Shown here: positions 13,061 through 25,620 of the stretch, one piece after another | Numbering within the stretch: the first letter of the stretch is position 1 | Layout of the letters: every line of letters begins with the position of its first letter | Assembly (NCBI GenBank): GCA_028534125.1 | Contig: CM052818.1 | Location: 35,342,001 to 35,406,000, forward strand | DNA from: Lama glama | Lineage: Eukaryota | Reading direction: 5' to 3' | DNA: 64,000 bases | Made by a program: the position numbers and the translations under genes | Notes under the pieces: generated by a model | The model's input: only the letters and a program-made list of their open reading frames with translations | The model's database searches: none | What the model was told of the DNA's origin: nothing

Positions 13061-16000
13061 AAACTGGTAGCAATCCCTATAGATTTTTCAGGAGGAAAGT
13101 GACTTAACCAGGCGTTCAGACCACGTACATTGGGGATACTGATGTTGGGGGCCTGACTGGGGCTTCTGCTTCTCTGGATCTCCCCCAAAAGATGAGCCAC
13201 AAGGCCAAGACCCTGTTCCTCAATTCCTCGACCACAGCACCCCAGGTCAGTCTCATCGGCCTCTGACAGTGGTGTGTACATTGCAAAGCTGACATCCACC
13301 TTCCATTCAGAGGCAGGTCTCCCAAGGTAGGTGGGGATAAGCTGGGGAGAGCAGTTTGGGTAAGCAAAGAGAAAAGAAACAAAAACTGTTTCTCTAAAGT
13401 AAAAATATGAGTCTTTTGTGTGTAACCGGAAGGGCTGTTTTCAGAGAATTCCTAGAAAAATGATGTGAGCCAGGTCAGCATCACTGAACCCAGGCAGAGG
13501 CCACGAGACTCGGTACTGAACAGACAGTGGTTTCCCCTTGGTGTTGCCACCTCCTACCCAAGTCCTCAGGCAGATCACTTAACCTCTCTTAGCCTCAGTT
13601 TTGCCACCTGCAAAATGGAGACACCTTCACAGGCTTGGATTGTCATTTGTTTGTTTCAAACACTGCTTCTTGCCCTAAACTTGGATATTTTATGTCACTT
13701 GTGTTTTAAAAGAATCCTTCTGCCGTTGGTCTCACAGGTGTTTGAGGATTAAAATTCAGCGGAGCCTGGTCCCTGCCTGGCTCCGAGGAGACACGGCCCC
13801 CCGGGCTCGCCCTTCTCCCTTCTCACTTGCTGAGCCTCTTCTTGCTCTGTCCTGCCTGTCCCCCTGTCAGCTTTGAGTTCCTGGTTCCTGGGAAGCTCCA
13901 CTTACCATGTTCCACTGACTCCCTTGTTTCCCAAACCTGGGTCACCCCAGTGTATTTGAAGAGCATCTGCTGAGCTAAATGGGAATTGGGGTGGGGCCAG
14001 TTCCTTTTCTCATTTTAATGAAGGGAGGTGGGGGTCAGCGCAGGGTGGCCATGGCTGTGTGGGGAGCAGAGGGCAAGGGAGGGAGAGGCTCTGACCCGTC
14101 CAGGGCGGACCACAGCTGGGACCTTGCCCAGTAGCTGGCTCCATGTGCCAGGGAAAGGGGTGCAGGGCCCTGGTGGAGTCTGAGACATGAGTTCCGGGTG
14201 ACTTTGGTCTGGATGGTGAGGCTAGCTTCCTCTGTGAGCGGGCACCCGTGGTGGCCATTGGGCTGTTTCCTGGTCCCTGCGACGACATGCAGCCACACCG
14301 ACCGGGAGACTTTTGAAGCATCTCTGCCTTTCAAAAGAGGCTCTGGTGGGAAGATGGCTTCTCAGCAGGGGCTTCTGTGGTGGTGACATTGGCAAGAAAG
14401 CCTGGGCCCGAGTCAGGCTGTCTCTGGCTGGGGTGGGTGTGGTGGACGGGGACCACTGTCAACTTGAGTTTGGAAGCCCATGTTTCTCTGGTCGCTACAG
14501 ACCTGCTCATGTCCCCTGGTCACAGAGGCTGCCCTCTGGAAGCTGGGCATATGTGGACTGAGGGTGTGGGGGTGTAATCACACAAAACGTACAGCCTAAT
14601 TAATCTGGCATACCCTTAATGGTATGCATAATTGTGCTGCATGGTAATTAGGTGTAAATGGCAAGCAGTTCACATAAATGTTTTTGTAATTGGTATTAAT
14701 TTTGCAGAGGCAAACTAAGTTTATGTGGTTGTTCTCTTCTTGCTCTGTTAGTTTTCTAGCACAGGCGATTCCTAGCTCTTGGAGAAATTCTATTGCAAAT
14801 GTTTGTTTATAGGGCAATGTTTTGTATTTTCTCTCGGAACAATGTTATGAATGGTTATGAGGTTCCCAAGCTGGTTTCCAAATGCCTCTTTGGCCCACAC
14901 TTTAGGTGAAATGTGCGACTCATGTGTGGGGAGGCCTCGCCGGGAGTCCTCCTGCTCCGGGGTCCCGGGGCCTGGTGTGTGAGAGAGCGTGTGTCCCCAC
15001 ATGTGTGAGCGCGTCTGTGTCTTTGTCTGTGAGTCTATATGTGTGTGCATATGTGCCTTTCTGTGTGTGTCTGTGTCTGTGTGAGTGCATCTGTGTGGGC
15101 CGATGTGTGTGTCTGTAGGTGCCTGACCCCTAAGGCCACTGTGGCAGGTTAAGGGTGCAGGTGAAGAGGTCCTTTATTCTGGTTGCGGAGGCCCTTGGGC
15201 TGGGGATTAGGGGAAGCCTCGCGGCGTTAGCTGGAGAGAGGACACTGGGTCATGCCACAGCAGCCGCACCTGGGAGCCAGCGAGAGCCATTCCTGGGTGT
15301 GGTCTTAAGCTAGAGGCTAGGTTTCCTAAGGACACTTTACCAGCCTTTCGCCCTGATTAGTGACGTAATACTTTTTAAAAAAAATTAATATTTTTTGAAT
15401 GCCTACTATGTGCCAGGCACCATGCTAAACACATGACTCAGATTCTCTTGTATCTTAAAATAGATGTAGGAGGTAGGGCTCTTATTCACCCCATTGTACA
15501 GACTGGTAAAGTGAGTGGCAGACCCAGGGTTTGAGGTGGATTCCCTTTGAGCCCTCTTAGGGCTGAAGGGGTGGATGAACTGCTCCAGGGCCGCTGGGTC
15601 AGGGGCTAGTGATTCTGGGATGTGCTGCCCAGAATCCTGGGCTTTTCTCCTCTCGACCTCATCCCCACCCCCTGCAACAATAGGTTTGGTTTTGGTTGGC
15701 ACAGAAGGTGAGGAGAAAGCAAACCAGGGACAAGTGGGTAGTTCTGACAGCAGTGGGCTCTTTCCTGCTTTCGTGGGTGGGGAGGGGCTGTGCTCCAGCA
15801 GCAGCTCCCAGACCCTGAAGCCCCTCTGGGGGAACCTCCTGGTTTGGGCCTGGGAGGGGGTCAACTGGGTGGTCTGGGAGGACTGTGAAAAAGTGCAGGT
15901 GCGGAGCATTGTGTGAATGGTGTGGGAAGAGAGTGGTCACAGGCAAGCTGGGGACCAGCCCCGAAGGGCCTGGGCTGGTGGGAGGCCAGTTCCCCCTGCT

Positions 16001-16183
16001 TCCTATGGCTCACACGCACCCTGACCTAGGACCCTCATGACCCCCTTGGCCCTGAGCATCTGGGGGCTGGTGGGGCCCTCAAACCCCATAGCAGGTATAC
16101 GTCCTGGCCCAGGGAAGGTGGAACAGGGGCCTTCCCGTTGGCACAGTGCCTTGGGGAACTCTGCCAAGCGACCCCTAGAATGG

Positions 16184-16265
16184 GGGTTGTGGGGGGTCAC
16201 TCTAGGCACCGCAGCACTGTGCTGGGGATGTTGCAGCTGCCTGGGAGTGATTTCACACAGTCCTC
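16184..16265 (+). ncRNA. MIR1301: pre-miR-1301 hairpin in intron 1
   Basis: Arms TCACTCTAGGCACCGCAGCA and TGTTGCAGCTGCCTGGGAGTGA pair. The 3p arm TTGCAGCTGCCTGGGAGTGATTTC (16231-16254) matches recalled miR-1301-3p, which is known to sit in DNMT3A intron 1. Confidence 0.93.
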
Positions 16266-16734
16266 TCTGCCTCCAGGGTCACCCAGAACAGGGAGGAGAG
16301 AGAGGGGCGGGTGGCAGAAGAGCAAGGTGCAGGACATGAACTCTGACATCATCTGTTTGGGAAAACAAATGCATCCATATGCATGTGAAAAGCTAGATAA
16401 CCACACAACAGACACTGATTACAGACCCCTGGATGGGTGGTGGAGGAGAAGCAATAGGGGTTAGGGGATGCTGAGAGCTGGGGAGAGGGGAGCTGGGAGG
16501 TCCTCTGGGAGGAGCTCTCCTCTTGGAGGAGAGAATAGTGTGAGTGGAGACACAAGTGTGGGAACAGGGGATGTGAGCTGGGGACCAGTGACTGGCCCTG
16601 GAATGATGGAGTCTGCTGGGAGAGGTGGGGGCCAGGTCAGAACAATAGCATGAGGCCATACTTTTCGAGCCATCGGTGTAGGACAGACCAGAGTGTAGGT
16701 TTTACAGTGTGGGAAAATCACTGGCATCATAGGG

Positions 16735-16873
16735 ATTTTTAAGATAACAGCTTTATTGAGATATAATTCACATACCATACAGTTTCACTCATTTAAAGTG
16801 TGCAATTTGGCAGTTTTTAATATGTTCATGGAGTTGTGCAACCATCACAATGAATTTCAGAACATTTTCATCA
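16735..16873 (-). mobile_element. Old L1 (L1M-type) 3' end
   Basis: acagctttattgagatataattcacatacc...ttgtgcaaccatcac...agaacattttcatca. Confidence 0.8.
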
Positions 16874-17634
16874 GGCGTCAGAGGTTTTGATTAAGAAAGC
16901 CTTGTGTAGAAGATCTTTGCTGAGAAGCTGGGGTGAGAGGTTGAGATACCAGAGGCAGGGAAATGTGTTATGGAATACCTGCCAGAGTCTAGACCTGTGG
17001 TGCTGAGAGCCTGGAGGGCAGGGGTGGAGAACAGAGGTCTGAGGATCAGGCGCCTGGTGACTGAAGTGAGGGGGTGGGACCTCAGTTCTCTCCAGGGTTT
17101 GGGGCACTGGCAGCTAAGGGGAGGGTGCTGCCACTTCCACACAGAGGAGCTAGAGGAAACATCTGGTTCTAGAAGAGTAGGATTTTAGGTAACTGCAAGT
17201 CATCCAGGTGGGGATGTCCAGAGGATAAAGATGGAAGCCTTGCAGTAGAAGTCTGCATTCGTTTAAGCCCAGGTGTCTGAGCGGAGGAGAACTTAGAGTA
17301 CAGCTGAAGCAGAGTGTGACCCGAGAGGGGTACCCACTGTGCATTAAGTAGTGGGAGCAAGACCCCAGTCAGCCCAGGAGGCAGCGGAGGAGGCTGAGGG
17401 GTGGGAGAGGACCAAGAGCATGGTGCCAAGTTGGGAGAGAGCCAGAGAATCCCCTTGCTTGTGGACTTGCAAAAGCAAGGGTCACCTGTCACCCCAGTGC
17501 CCAGCTCTGCAGTGGCACTCAGTAAATGATTGCTGAGTGAGTGCTTGAAGCAGGAAATGATTAGCTGGCAAGGAGGCGGAATTGAGCTCAAGGACGGTAA
17601 GGATGGAAAAAGGCCCTTTGAGGCCCTGGGTGAC

Positions 17635-18450
17635 TGTATCAGTCAGGGTCAATTCAGGAGACAGAAACCACATAGTGATGTGAACAGGAAAAGTTTAATA
17701 TAAAGACTTATTAACGGTAATGGGGGATTGGAGTATTGAGAGATTGGCTGGTAAGAAGTAAAAGAACTGTGAAGAATACAGAAATAGCATATATGAGAGC
17801 AGCCACTGCACCTAGGGTTGCCATGGAGAGCTCAAGGAAGAGGCCCCGCGGCTGAGGTCCTGACCTTGATGGAGAGGGCATGGTCATGGCTCCCTGGATG
17901 ACAGAGAAGTCAATTGGTGCCATGTTGGCAGGAAACCTGCCTCCTGGAACTCACTGGAAATCCATCCTTTTGGGTCCCAAGGAGAGTTGTTCATCAAGAA
18001 TTTTCTTGCTGGAGGCACAGTGCTACTAAACTACCCATGGGGAGTGTTGGGTGAAGCTGCTGGCTGCTGTTGACGGTCACACACTGCTCGAGCTGGGTGC
18101 TGGAGAAGCACCTTTGCTGCAGGAGCTGGGCACTGGGAAGTTGCATGCTGCAGGAGCTGCATGCTGGAGAAGCTGTGACAGGACAGGATTGGGCACTAGG
18201 GAAGCCAGAGGGGCAGCAGGATCTGGCTGCTGAAGTTGTATGCAGAACAATGCAGGAGTTCTCCCAGAGAGTACATTGGTTCTAGGAAAGGAAACACCAC
18301 CTTCAGTGTCTCTCTGCTGCCCTCTACTGACAGAGCATGATGTCACACCACCTGGCCAAAGGAGAAATACTTGAAGGGCCTAGCTCAATTTTCACAGAGC
18401 AGGCGATGAAGGGTGAATAAATTAACTGGCACAATCTGCTACTGTGGCTA
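17635..18450 (-). mobile_element. ERVL-class LTR (3' LTR of a truncated provirus)
   Basis: Starts tgtatcagtcagggtc...ggagacagaaaccaca (reverse LTR end) and is contiguous with ERVL internal sequence; inner boundary uncertain (18433-18455). Confidence 0.65.
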
Positions 18451-19255
18451 CCCAGCGTCCACCTGCACCCTTTTACACACATTTGTGCTCTGCTGCAACA
18501 ACAATATAGTTGCACTTCTACCGATCAAGACACAGCTGTCCTGCTTGTTCTCACCCTTTCTTCCAAAGGAGGAGTCCCAGCACTCACTGTACCAAGACTG
18601 CCTACACAGATAACATCTCAAATTCAGCCTCAGCCCCACTAAGTATTCTGTTACCTAAAGACTAAATTATAAAGCTAACTTCCTGCAACTTGTATGTAAG
18701 TGATGGGAAGAAGGAGAAAAAAGAAGAAAATGGTTGCCATGTACAAATAAACACACATATATATCAAGTAAACAGAAAGTATACAAAACTACTACGGTTC
18801 TCATTTCTATATTTGTTCACAAGGCCACGTCTAATACCCGGCTTCCTTCTCTCGCTTCCCATCCTGTATTTCCTCTGCTCTCAGCTGGAACCTCAGCAGG
18901 GCGGGCTTTCTACCTGGTGGAGTGACGCAAGCCTTGATTCTTGAAGGATCTGAATCCTTGGCTGTCCTGCCCTTGTTTTGGTTTGTTTTGTTACTGTAGT
19001 TTTTCATTAACTCTTACTTTTGGGTATGGAAGTTCTAAGAGGTACCTGAGAGAATCCTCTGTGTTCCAGGAATTATCTTCCTGCCCTCTACTCTGTACCA
19101 GCGAGCCAGTTTCTCCTTGGCAACTAGGATCAATCACTCCAGCTCTTGGAGTAACTCCTTTTTTTTTTTGTCTGTTGGTTCAGTGGCATAAGGGGGTCCC
19201 CAAAAGCCAGGTGGATGACTTATCTTCTAGTAGAATCCTTGTGGTGTCCACTTGA
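18451..19255 (-). mobile_element. ERV-L internal remnant with decayed dUTPase
   Basis: Minus strand reads AGVIDPSCQGETGSLVQSRGQEDNSWNTEDSLRYLLELPYPKVRVNEKLQ*, resembling recalled ERV-L AGVIDPDYQGEIGLLLHNGGKEEYVWNTGDPLGRLLVLPCPVIKVNGKLQ. Confidence 0.8.
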
Positions 19256-20504
19256 GGGATTACAAAATTTAGTGCCCCAAGAGTGCCTCAGAGATATGGG
19301 GAGGGGGGGAACCAAACACAGGGATCAAGGGGAGAGTGAGCGAAGAGGCTCTGGAGCTGGAAGTGTGGACCATTCTTTAGAGTAGGCTTGTAAAGCTGAG
19401 AATCACACAGGTGTGGGCTGTGGACCCCCTGGGGAGGGGGAGGGGGGAGATCACAATCAGCCAGGCTCGTGGCTTCTCAGACAGCAGACCCCACCGGGGC
19501 CCACGTGGTTGATTCTCACATGGACTTGCAGCCTGGCCACCCTGCACGCTGCCTCCCGGGGTGTGGGAAGCCCATCCGACTGCCTAGGCACACATGACCC
19601 CCAGTAGGGCTCCTTCTGACTCACCACGGTCGGAAATGCGTGCTCCTATATGGAACTCTATACCAGCTCATTTTGGCTCCCGAGAGCAACTTCAGCTCCT
19701 TACCAGCATCTATTTCAGGCACAAACCTTTTTTTTTTTTATCCCTGCTTTTGGGGCTGTGTCATGGTAACATGAGTATGAGCAGAGGAGTCTGATTCAAC
19801 CCATCTCTGCCCTTGTGGCCACCACAGTAGCAGCATTTGGGTGATCATAAATGCTCGTGCTGGTAGCACCATGGCCTCGAGGGTGGTGTGAGAGCCGTAA
19901 GTCATCTTTTTGACTCCAAAAGCCAGACAGATGGGCTTTGAAGTGGGGAACAGGGTGGCAGGACTGTTGGCTTGTTGCCGCGGTGGCTTTTGGTATTCTC
20001 CGGGCAGCTGGTGGTTCGGGTGGGAGGGGTGTTTCTGGAAGTCAGAGTGATGGCATGATGACGTGCATCTCCCTCGTGTTGAAATGGAATGACCAACAGA
20101 GGGTGGCGCTGGGACCTCCCCTCCTCCGGATCCAGCCCAGTCTTGTGACCCAGAGAGGCTGTAGCGGGCGGGGGAAAACTTGGCAGATAAACATCTCTGT
20201 CTAGGAGGCCCTGATGTCTCCCCCAGCTTTCTGCCGGCCCCCAGCTTACCAAGCTTATCAGCACCCTGGCAGATGATTGGGGGTGTGGGGCACAAGACAC
20301 TCTCCTGTCTTCTGTCACCCACAGGACTCACTTGTACCTCCTCCCGAACTTAAGTAGGAAATCCAGCCATGAGGCTGTTGTCTGTGGGCTGTGGGCTGTT
20401 ATCACGGGGGCACAGATCGCTGATCGGGGGTCTGTGCTTATGCTCATCCATGACTGGGTGTCTCCGTGTTGGTGAGGACTCTCAAATTACATGGACCTGA
20501 ATTC

Positions 20505-20695
20505 AGAATCCTGCCCTGGGACTTTCTACCCGCGCTACCCAAGGGAGGTAATAAATGTCTCCAAGCCTCAGTTTCTTTTTCTATAAAATGGAAATAATAA
20601 TAGAACTGACGTCATGGGATTGTTGATGCGTATGATACGGGACAATGCACGGCCCTTAGCACAGTACCTGACACACAGTAGGTGCTCAGTAAACA
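20505..20695 (+). mobile_element. MIR SINE
   Basis: agcctcagtttctttttctataaaatggaaataataata...cttagcacagtacctgacacacagtaggtgctcagtaaa. Confidence 0.75.
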
Positions 20696-21224
20696 GTGGA
20701 AGAAACAAATGAATGCATGACTCCTGCATTGGGCAGGGCACCGAATATGGTGATTAGAAGGTTGCACTGCCTGCTCCCACCCCTCCCCCTGCCCTCACAG
20801 TGGACAGGCCTTACCAGGGAAGGGAGACTAACTGGAAACTTTGCTGAAAGTTAGTATGTCTGCAGCAGTCCCGTGCTAACTGGAAGAGCTCGTGTTGGAG
20901 TAGGAACCTGGGGGCTTCAGCCGGGGAAGGGTTTGTGTGTGGCTGCACCACTCACGAACTGTGTGACCTTTGGCAGCTTTGTTAACCTACACCTCATTCT
21001 TCTCATCGAGAGACTGGGGGTAGAAACAGTCTGCACTTCAAAGGGTTGGAGTGAGGCATGAGGGTGAACAAGTTGTTGAAACTGTAAAGTACTGTGCACA
21101 GGGCATGTTGTCAGAACACAGTCAGTTCACGCCCCGTTTGAAATCCTGTTTGAGTAAAGTACACTCATGGGATTTCTAGAAAGGAGAGAAAACTGTGGTC
21201 TGGATTAGTCAGGGACTAATAATC

Positions 21225-21425
21225 GTTAATGTTTATTGAGTATTTTCTTTGGGCCAGGCACTCTTCTAAGCATTTTTACCACATCTCATGTTAACTCTCA
21301 CAATAGGCCCGTGAAGTGACTACTGTTACTTTCCCCGTTTTACAGGTGAGAAAACTGAGGCACAGTGATGCCTCAGGTCAGACAGACAATACAAATAAGG
21401 CTAGGATTTGAACCCACGCAGCCAG
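21225..21425 (-). mobile_element. MIR SINE
   Basis: tttattgagta...ccaggcactcttctaagcattt...ccccgttttacaggtgagaaaactgaggcacag...ggatttgaaccca. Confidence 0.8.
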
Positions 21426-23029
21426 CCGGGCCTCCCAGGGAAGACTTCTGGAGGTCGAGATTAGCATATGAGTCAGGGCTGTCAGCCGCAAGGCACAGAC
21501 TCACTCACACCGAAGTCGGGAAAGACTCACATTACCCAAAGGTTCAGAGATGCCCTACCTCCAGGTACAGCTGGATCCAGGGGCCCAGACGGTGACTCAG
21601 TGTTCCATCCCTCTGTCTCCATCCCTTTGTTCTCAGCCAGCAGCTCCTGACTCACATCCCATTATCTTAGCATCTTTCCTTTGCACCAAAACATTCCTGG
21701 GAGGCCTCTGATTGGCGCTGCCTGAACACATGCTCACTCTGTGACTTGGGTGAGGGGTGGGGTCAGTGCAGACACCACAAGCCCCCACTGGAAAGGAGAG
21801 AAATGTAACTAGAAAGAATGAAACCAGCAAAGCCCACCACGAGAAAAGCAGGCCTCAGACAGAGGGGTAAAGGGGGACCTGGTCCAGAGATGGTCAGGTA
21901 TTTTTCAGCAATTCAAGTAGAGGACTTGAGATGGAGCAGGAGGGGTTCTTATGGTGGTAACATTAGGATTGCTTTTGATGGAGAGAGGATTTGGGTCTGT
22001 GGGCAATTACGGTTTTGTTTCTGTAAGAGGATAATTCCACATGGGCCCTTGTGGAGGTGAGACCGTGGGGTGACACTCTAGTTGGCGCTGGTTGGAACAG
22101 GCTTGGAGGTGAGACTTTGGGGTTATTAGTTCAGGGGGTGCTGCTGGGGTTGGGGTTGGGGAGGAGGGTAGGAATGATACTGGGGACGGTGTGGTGGCAG
22201 AGGTGGGCGTTGATACAGCCGGGACGGTCTGGAGGCTCCAGGAGATGGTTGAATTGTGGGTCTTGGGTCTGAGATGTGCTGATGAGTGAGCCGGGGCTGT
22301 GGTTAGGGATGTGGGCAGCGATGGCATGGGGTACAGTTTGGGAGGAATGTAGGGGAGGCACACCATGCTGTGCATGGGCTGGACTTGGTGGAAATGATGT
22401 ATTGGGAGAATTAGCATTTCGTGAGGGGCGTGGTGGGGGTGAGGAGGGAGGTACCACTTTTATAGCTGGTGATGGATGGAACTCTGTGTGGGTGTGAAGA
22501 GATGATGATGGTTATTATGTGGAACGTGATGGTTTCATAGAGTTAGAGAGATGGAGGGACTTAGTTGCACTCTTACGGAGGAGGGTGGAGGGTGCAGCCA
22601 ATGGTTGCAGCTGGGATGTAAGCCTTTATTCCCAGACCCATTTCTCTTTTTAAAAATTATTTTTTGTTTTCTCACAGTAATGCATATGATTTAAGAAGTC
22701 AGATAGGACTAACATCTCTTCACCAAATACAGTTGTTCCTTGCCTATTCCCACCTTCTTCTAGAGGAAACCACTTTTAGCTGTTCCTTCTAGTAACTTTA
22801 TATCTCATGGATCTGAGTAATGTGCGTATTTTTGACTCTTCCACTGTAGACATTTTCCATTGATTTCCTATTTAGTAAATAAGGATTTAGCTCTCTCATA
22901 TGGCTGACCATGGCTCTCTGCCCAGCCACCCTCCTAAGTCATTCTCCTGGTAGGCATACTATTAACAGTACCTTACCAGGGTTTTTGGAAAATGTTTTAT
23001 GCATTTAGCAATATCTGCATATGTATGCA

Positions 23030-23524
23030 TGTAGCAGGCATGGTAATGGCTCCCCTAAGACGGCCATGTCCTAATCCCCTGTCCCTGTGAATGTGTCACC
23101 TTCTGTAGCAAGAAAGACTTTGCAGAGGTGATTAAGCTAAGGATCTTGAGATGGGGAGGGAGGTTTATCCTGCCTGAATCATCTGGGTGGGCTCCGTGTC
23201 ATCACAGGGTCCTTAGAAGTCAGTGACAGAGGCAGGAGAGTCAGAGTAACGCAATGGGGGAAAGACTGGCCGTTGTTGGCATTGAGGATGGAGCGGGGCC
23301 AGGAGCCCAGGAATGTGAGCAGCCTCCCGAAGCTGAAAAGTCAAGGAAATGGATTCTCCCCAGGGCTTCCAGAAAAGAACACAGCCTGCCAACACCTTGA
23401 TTTCAGCCCAGTGACGAGAACCATTTTGGACTTCTGACTTCCGGAACTGCAAGGCACAAATCTGTGTTGCTTTAAGCCATTAATCTGTGGTAACTCATAA
23501 CGGCAGCAACAGGAAATTAATACA
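23030..23524 (+). mobile_element. MaLR solo LTR (MLT1D-like)
   Basis: TG...CA termini; diagnostic gactttgcagaggtgattaag...ggatcttgagatgggg and cagcctgccaacaccttgatttcagccc...gcagcaacaggaaattaataca. Confidence 0.85.
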
Positions 23525-24179
23525 GCACATAATCTATACACATCCACACGCGTACGTATGTGTGTGTGATATATACAGCGTTATTTTTTAAATCAACGAA
23601 TGCAGCTATTCACAGCTGAATCTTACATTGTCCTAGAAAAGTTTCCTTTTTCTCCCCCCTTGAAATGAACAATTACCTCGTTTCCTCCCCTGCCTTATTT
23701 TCTTTATACCTTTCGCTAATTCCTGCCACACCTTCTAATAGCTGTCTGTATGGCTTTCCACAAGGGCAGTCACAGCAAGTGTTATGTTTCAGTTCCATTT
23801 TTTGAGTTCTCCACTCTCTTGCTCTCTGGGCGTGGGGCACGTTGTAACTGCCGTTCTGGGACATCTTACATGGGCATCCTCAGCATTCCCTTCCCCTTCC
23901 TCCTGGTTGGAATTCTTGTTTTCTGGAGCTCACGTCGTCTTCTTGCTTGGTTAACTCTCTTGTTTGGAGCCCACTGCCTGGGACAGATACCTATCTTTAT
24001 TCTAATCCATTCAGTTCCTGAGTTCAGACAGCAGACTAAGAACAGCAAGTTGACACCAGTAGTTTTGTCAGGTTCAAAAGCCTGTTGGTGGCAGAGGACC
24101 TGGCGGCGACAGCACTCCACGTGCCTGAGTCCCAAGCCCTGTGGCCATACATCTGAACAGTGACCTTCTATGACTTCAC

Positions 24180-25620
24180 CTGGACTCTGTGCACCTCATC
24201 CCAGAGCCTCCCTTCCCTTGTCTGCTGTGTCTTAAAGGACATCTTCCCCTTCTTCTTGAGAGAGGAGTATCTGAAAATACCTTTATTCTCCTCTCACACT
24301 GAAACGATCATTAGGCTGGGTTAAGAGTTCTAACTGGAGAATTGTTTTAAGAATTGAAAGGGTATTGGTCCTCTGTCTTCAGGCTTTCAGTATGAACACT
24401 GAGCAGTCTGAAGTCATTCTGATTCCTGAAACTTTATACATCACCTTTTTCTCCCTTTAGAAACTTGTAGGATCTTCTCTTTGTCCCAGTGTTCTGCAGT
24501 TTCACTGTGATGTGTCTCGTGCGGGTCTGTTTTTGTCTGTTTGGGGCAGTCAGGGGGCCTTTTCGATTGGTAACTCATGTCTTTCAGTTCTGGGAAGTTC
24601 TCTTGAATTATTATTTCATTGGTAACTTTCTCCTCTCTCTCTTTTTTTCCTTTCTGTAACTCCTATTTTACTTGATGTGGAAACGTACAGACCAACTCTC
24701 TAATTCTCTTTTCTTATTTTCTATTTTTTTTTTGATATACCCGCTCTGTTGACTTGTGTATTTCTACTAGCATGATTTTTATTTCTAGGAGTTCTTTTTT
24801 TGCTCTCTGACTTTTTTTTTTTTTAATAGCATCACATTCGGAGTATCCTTCTCTGTGTGTAAAGTCTGTTTCCCACAGTTGTGTTTGGTTTTGATTTTGG
24901 TTGATTTGTTCTGGTCTCTGTCTTCTAAGTTCAAGGCTTCCCTTGGATGTCTAGTGGTCCTTGGTTGTCCTTTCAGGATTAAGAACAGGGAGCTAAAAAG
25001 CTGATTGGAAGCTTTGAACACGAAGGTGGGGGCTGGCTGACTTGCAGATCCACCTTGGTTGACCATTTGGACATCATTTGGGTTCTGGGGTCAATATCTG
25101 TATTCTTAGGCCTTTCCTCTTGCACTAATTAGATTTTCCAGAGAAGATAAAGGTCTCTGAGCCCAGTGGGGAGACAGCCAAGGGGGCTCAATATTAGCAT
25201 TTGAAATAACTTTCATCTCTTTGGGTTTGGTTTATTACCCTTGCTCTAACTGTACTAGTCGACTCTCTCTGCACAGACCCTCTGGTTTGCACTCTCCAGA
25301 GAGGAAACTTTCAGACTTCTGGGGGAGGTGGACCTAGGGACTTTACTTCTTTTCTTTAAGTCCTTTTTAATTTCACATGTGCATCCTCTTCACCCCTTGT
25401 CCCAGAGACACATGGTGCTGTCATGCCAAGTGTCCTTAAAGGACTCTGTTAGAAATCACTTTTCATGTGCTGTCTGAAATTTGCCTGTCACCAGTCTGCT
25501 TCCCAGACCCCTAAATTTTGTTGCTGGTGTCTCCTCTCTGTTCAGCACAATCTTGTGACTTTATGTCTTCTTAAAAACAAACAAACAATTTTTTGCTAAA
25601 TTGGATTTAGAATGTAGCCA
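24180..25620 (-). mobile_element. Old, degraded L1 (L1M-type) fragment
   Basis: T-rich tract with reverse-L1 motifs (tctgaagtcattctgattcctga...ttcagttctgggaagttctcttgaattatt); boundaries approximate. Confidence 0.55.

Noticed and set aside
18050..18240. Degenerate gctg/gaagctg repeats resembling a repeat-spacer array
   Set aside because: Irregular period, no constant repeat with unique spacers, and located inside an LTR; not CRISPR-like.
20607..20614. Perfect CRE palindrome TGACGTCA
   Set aside because: A single 8-mer inside a MIR is near chance expectation in 64 kb.
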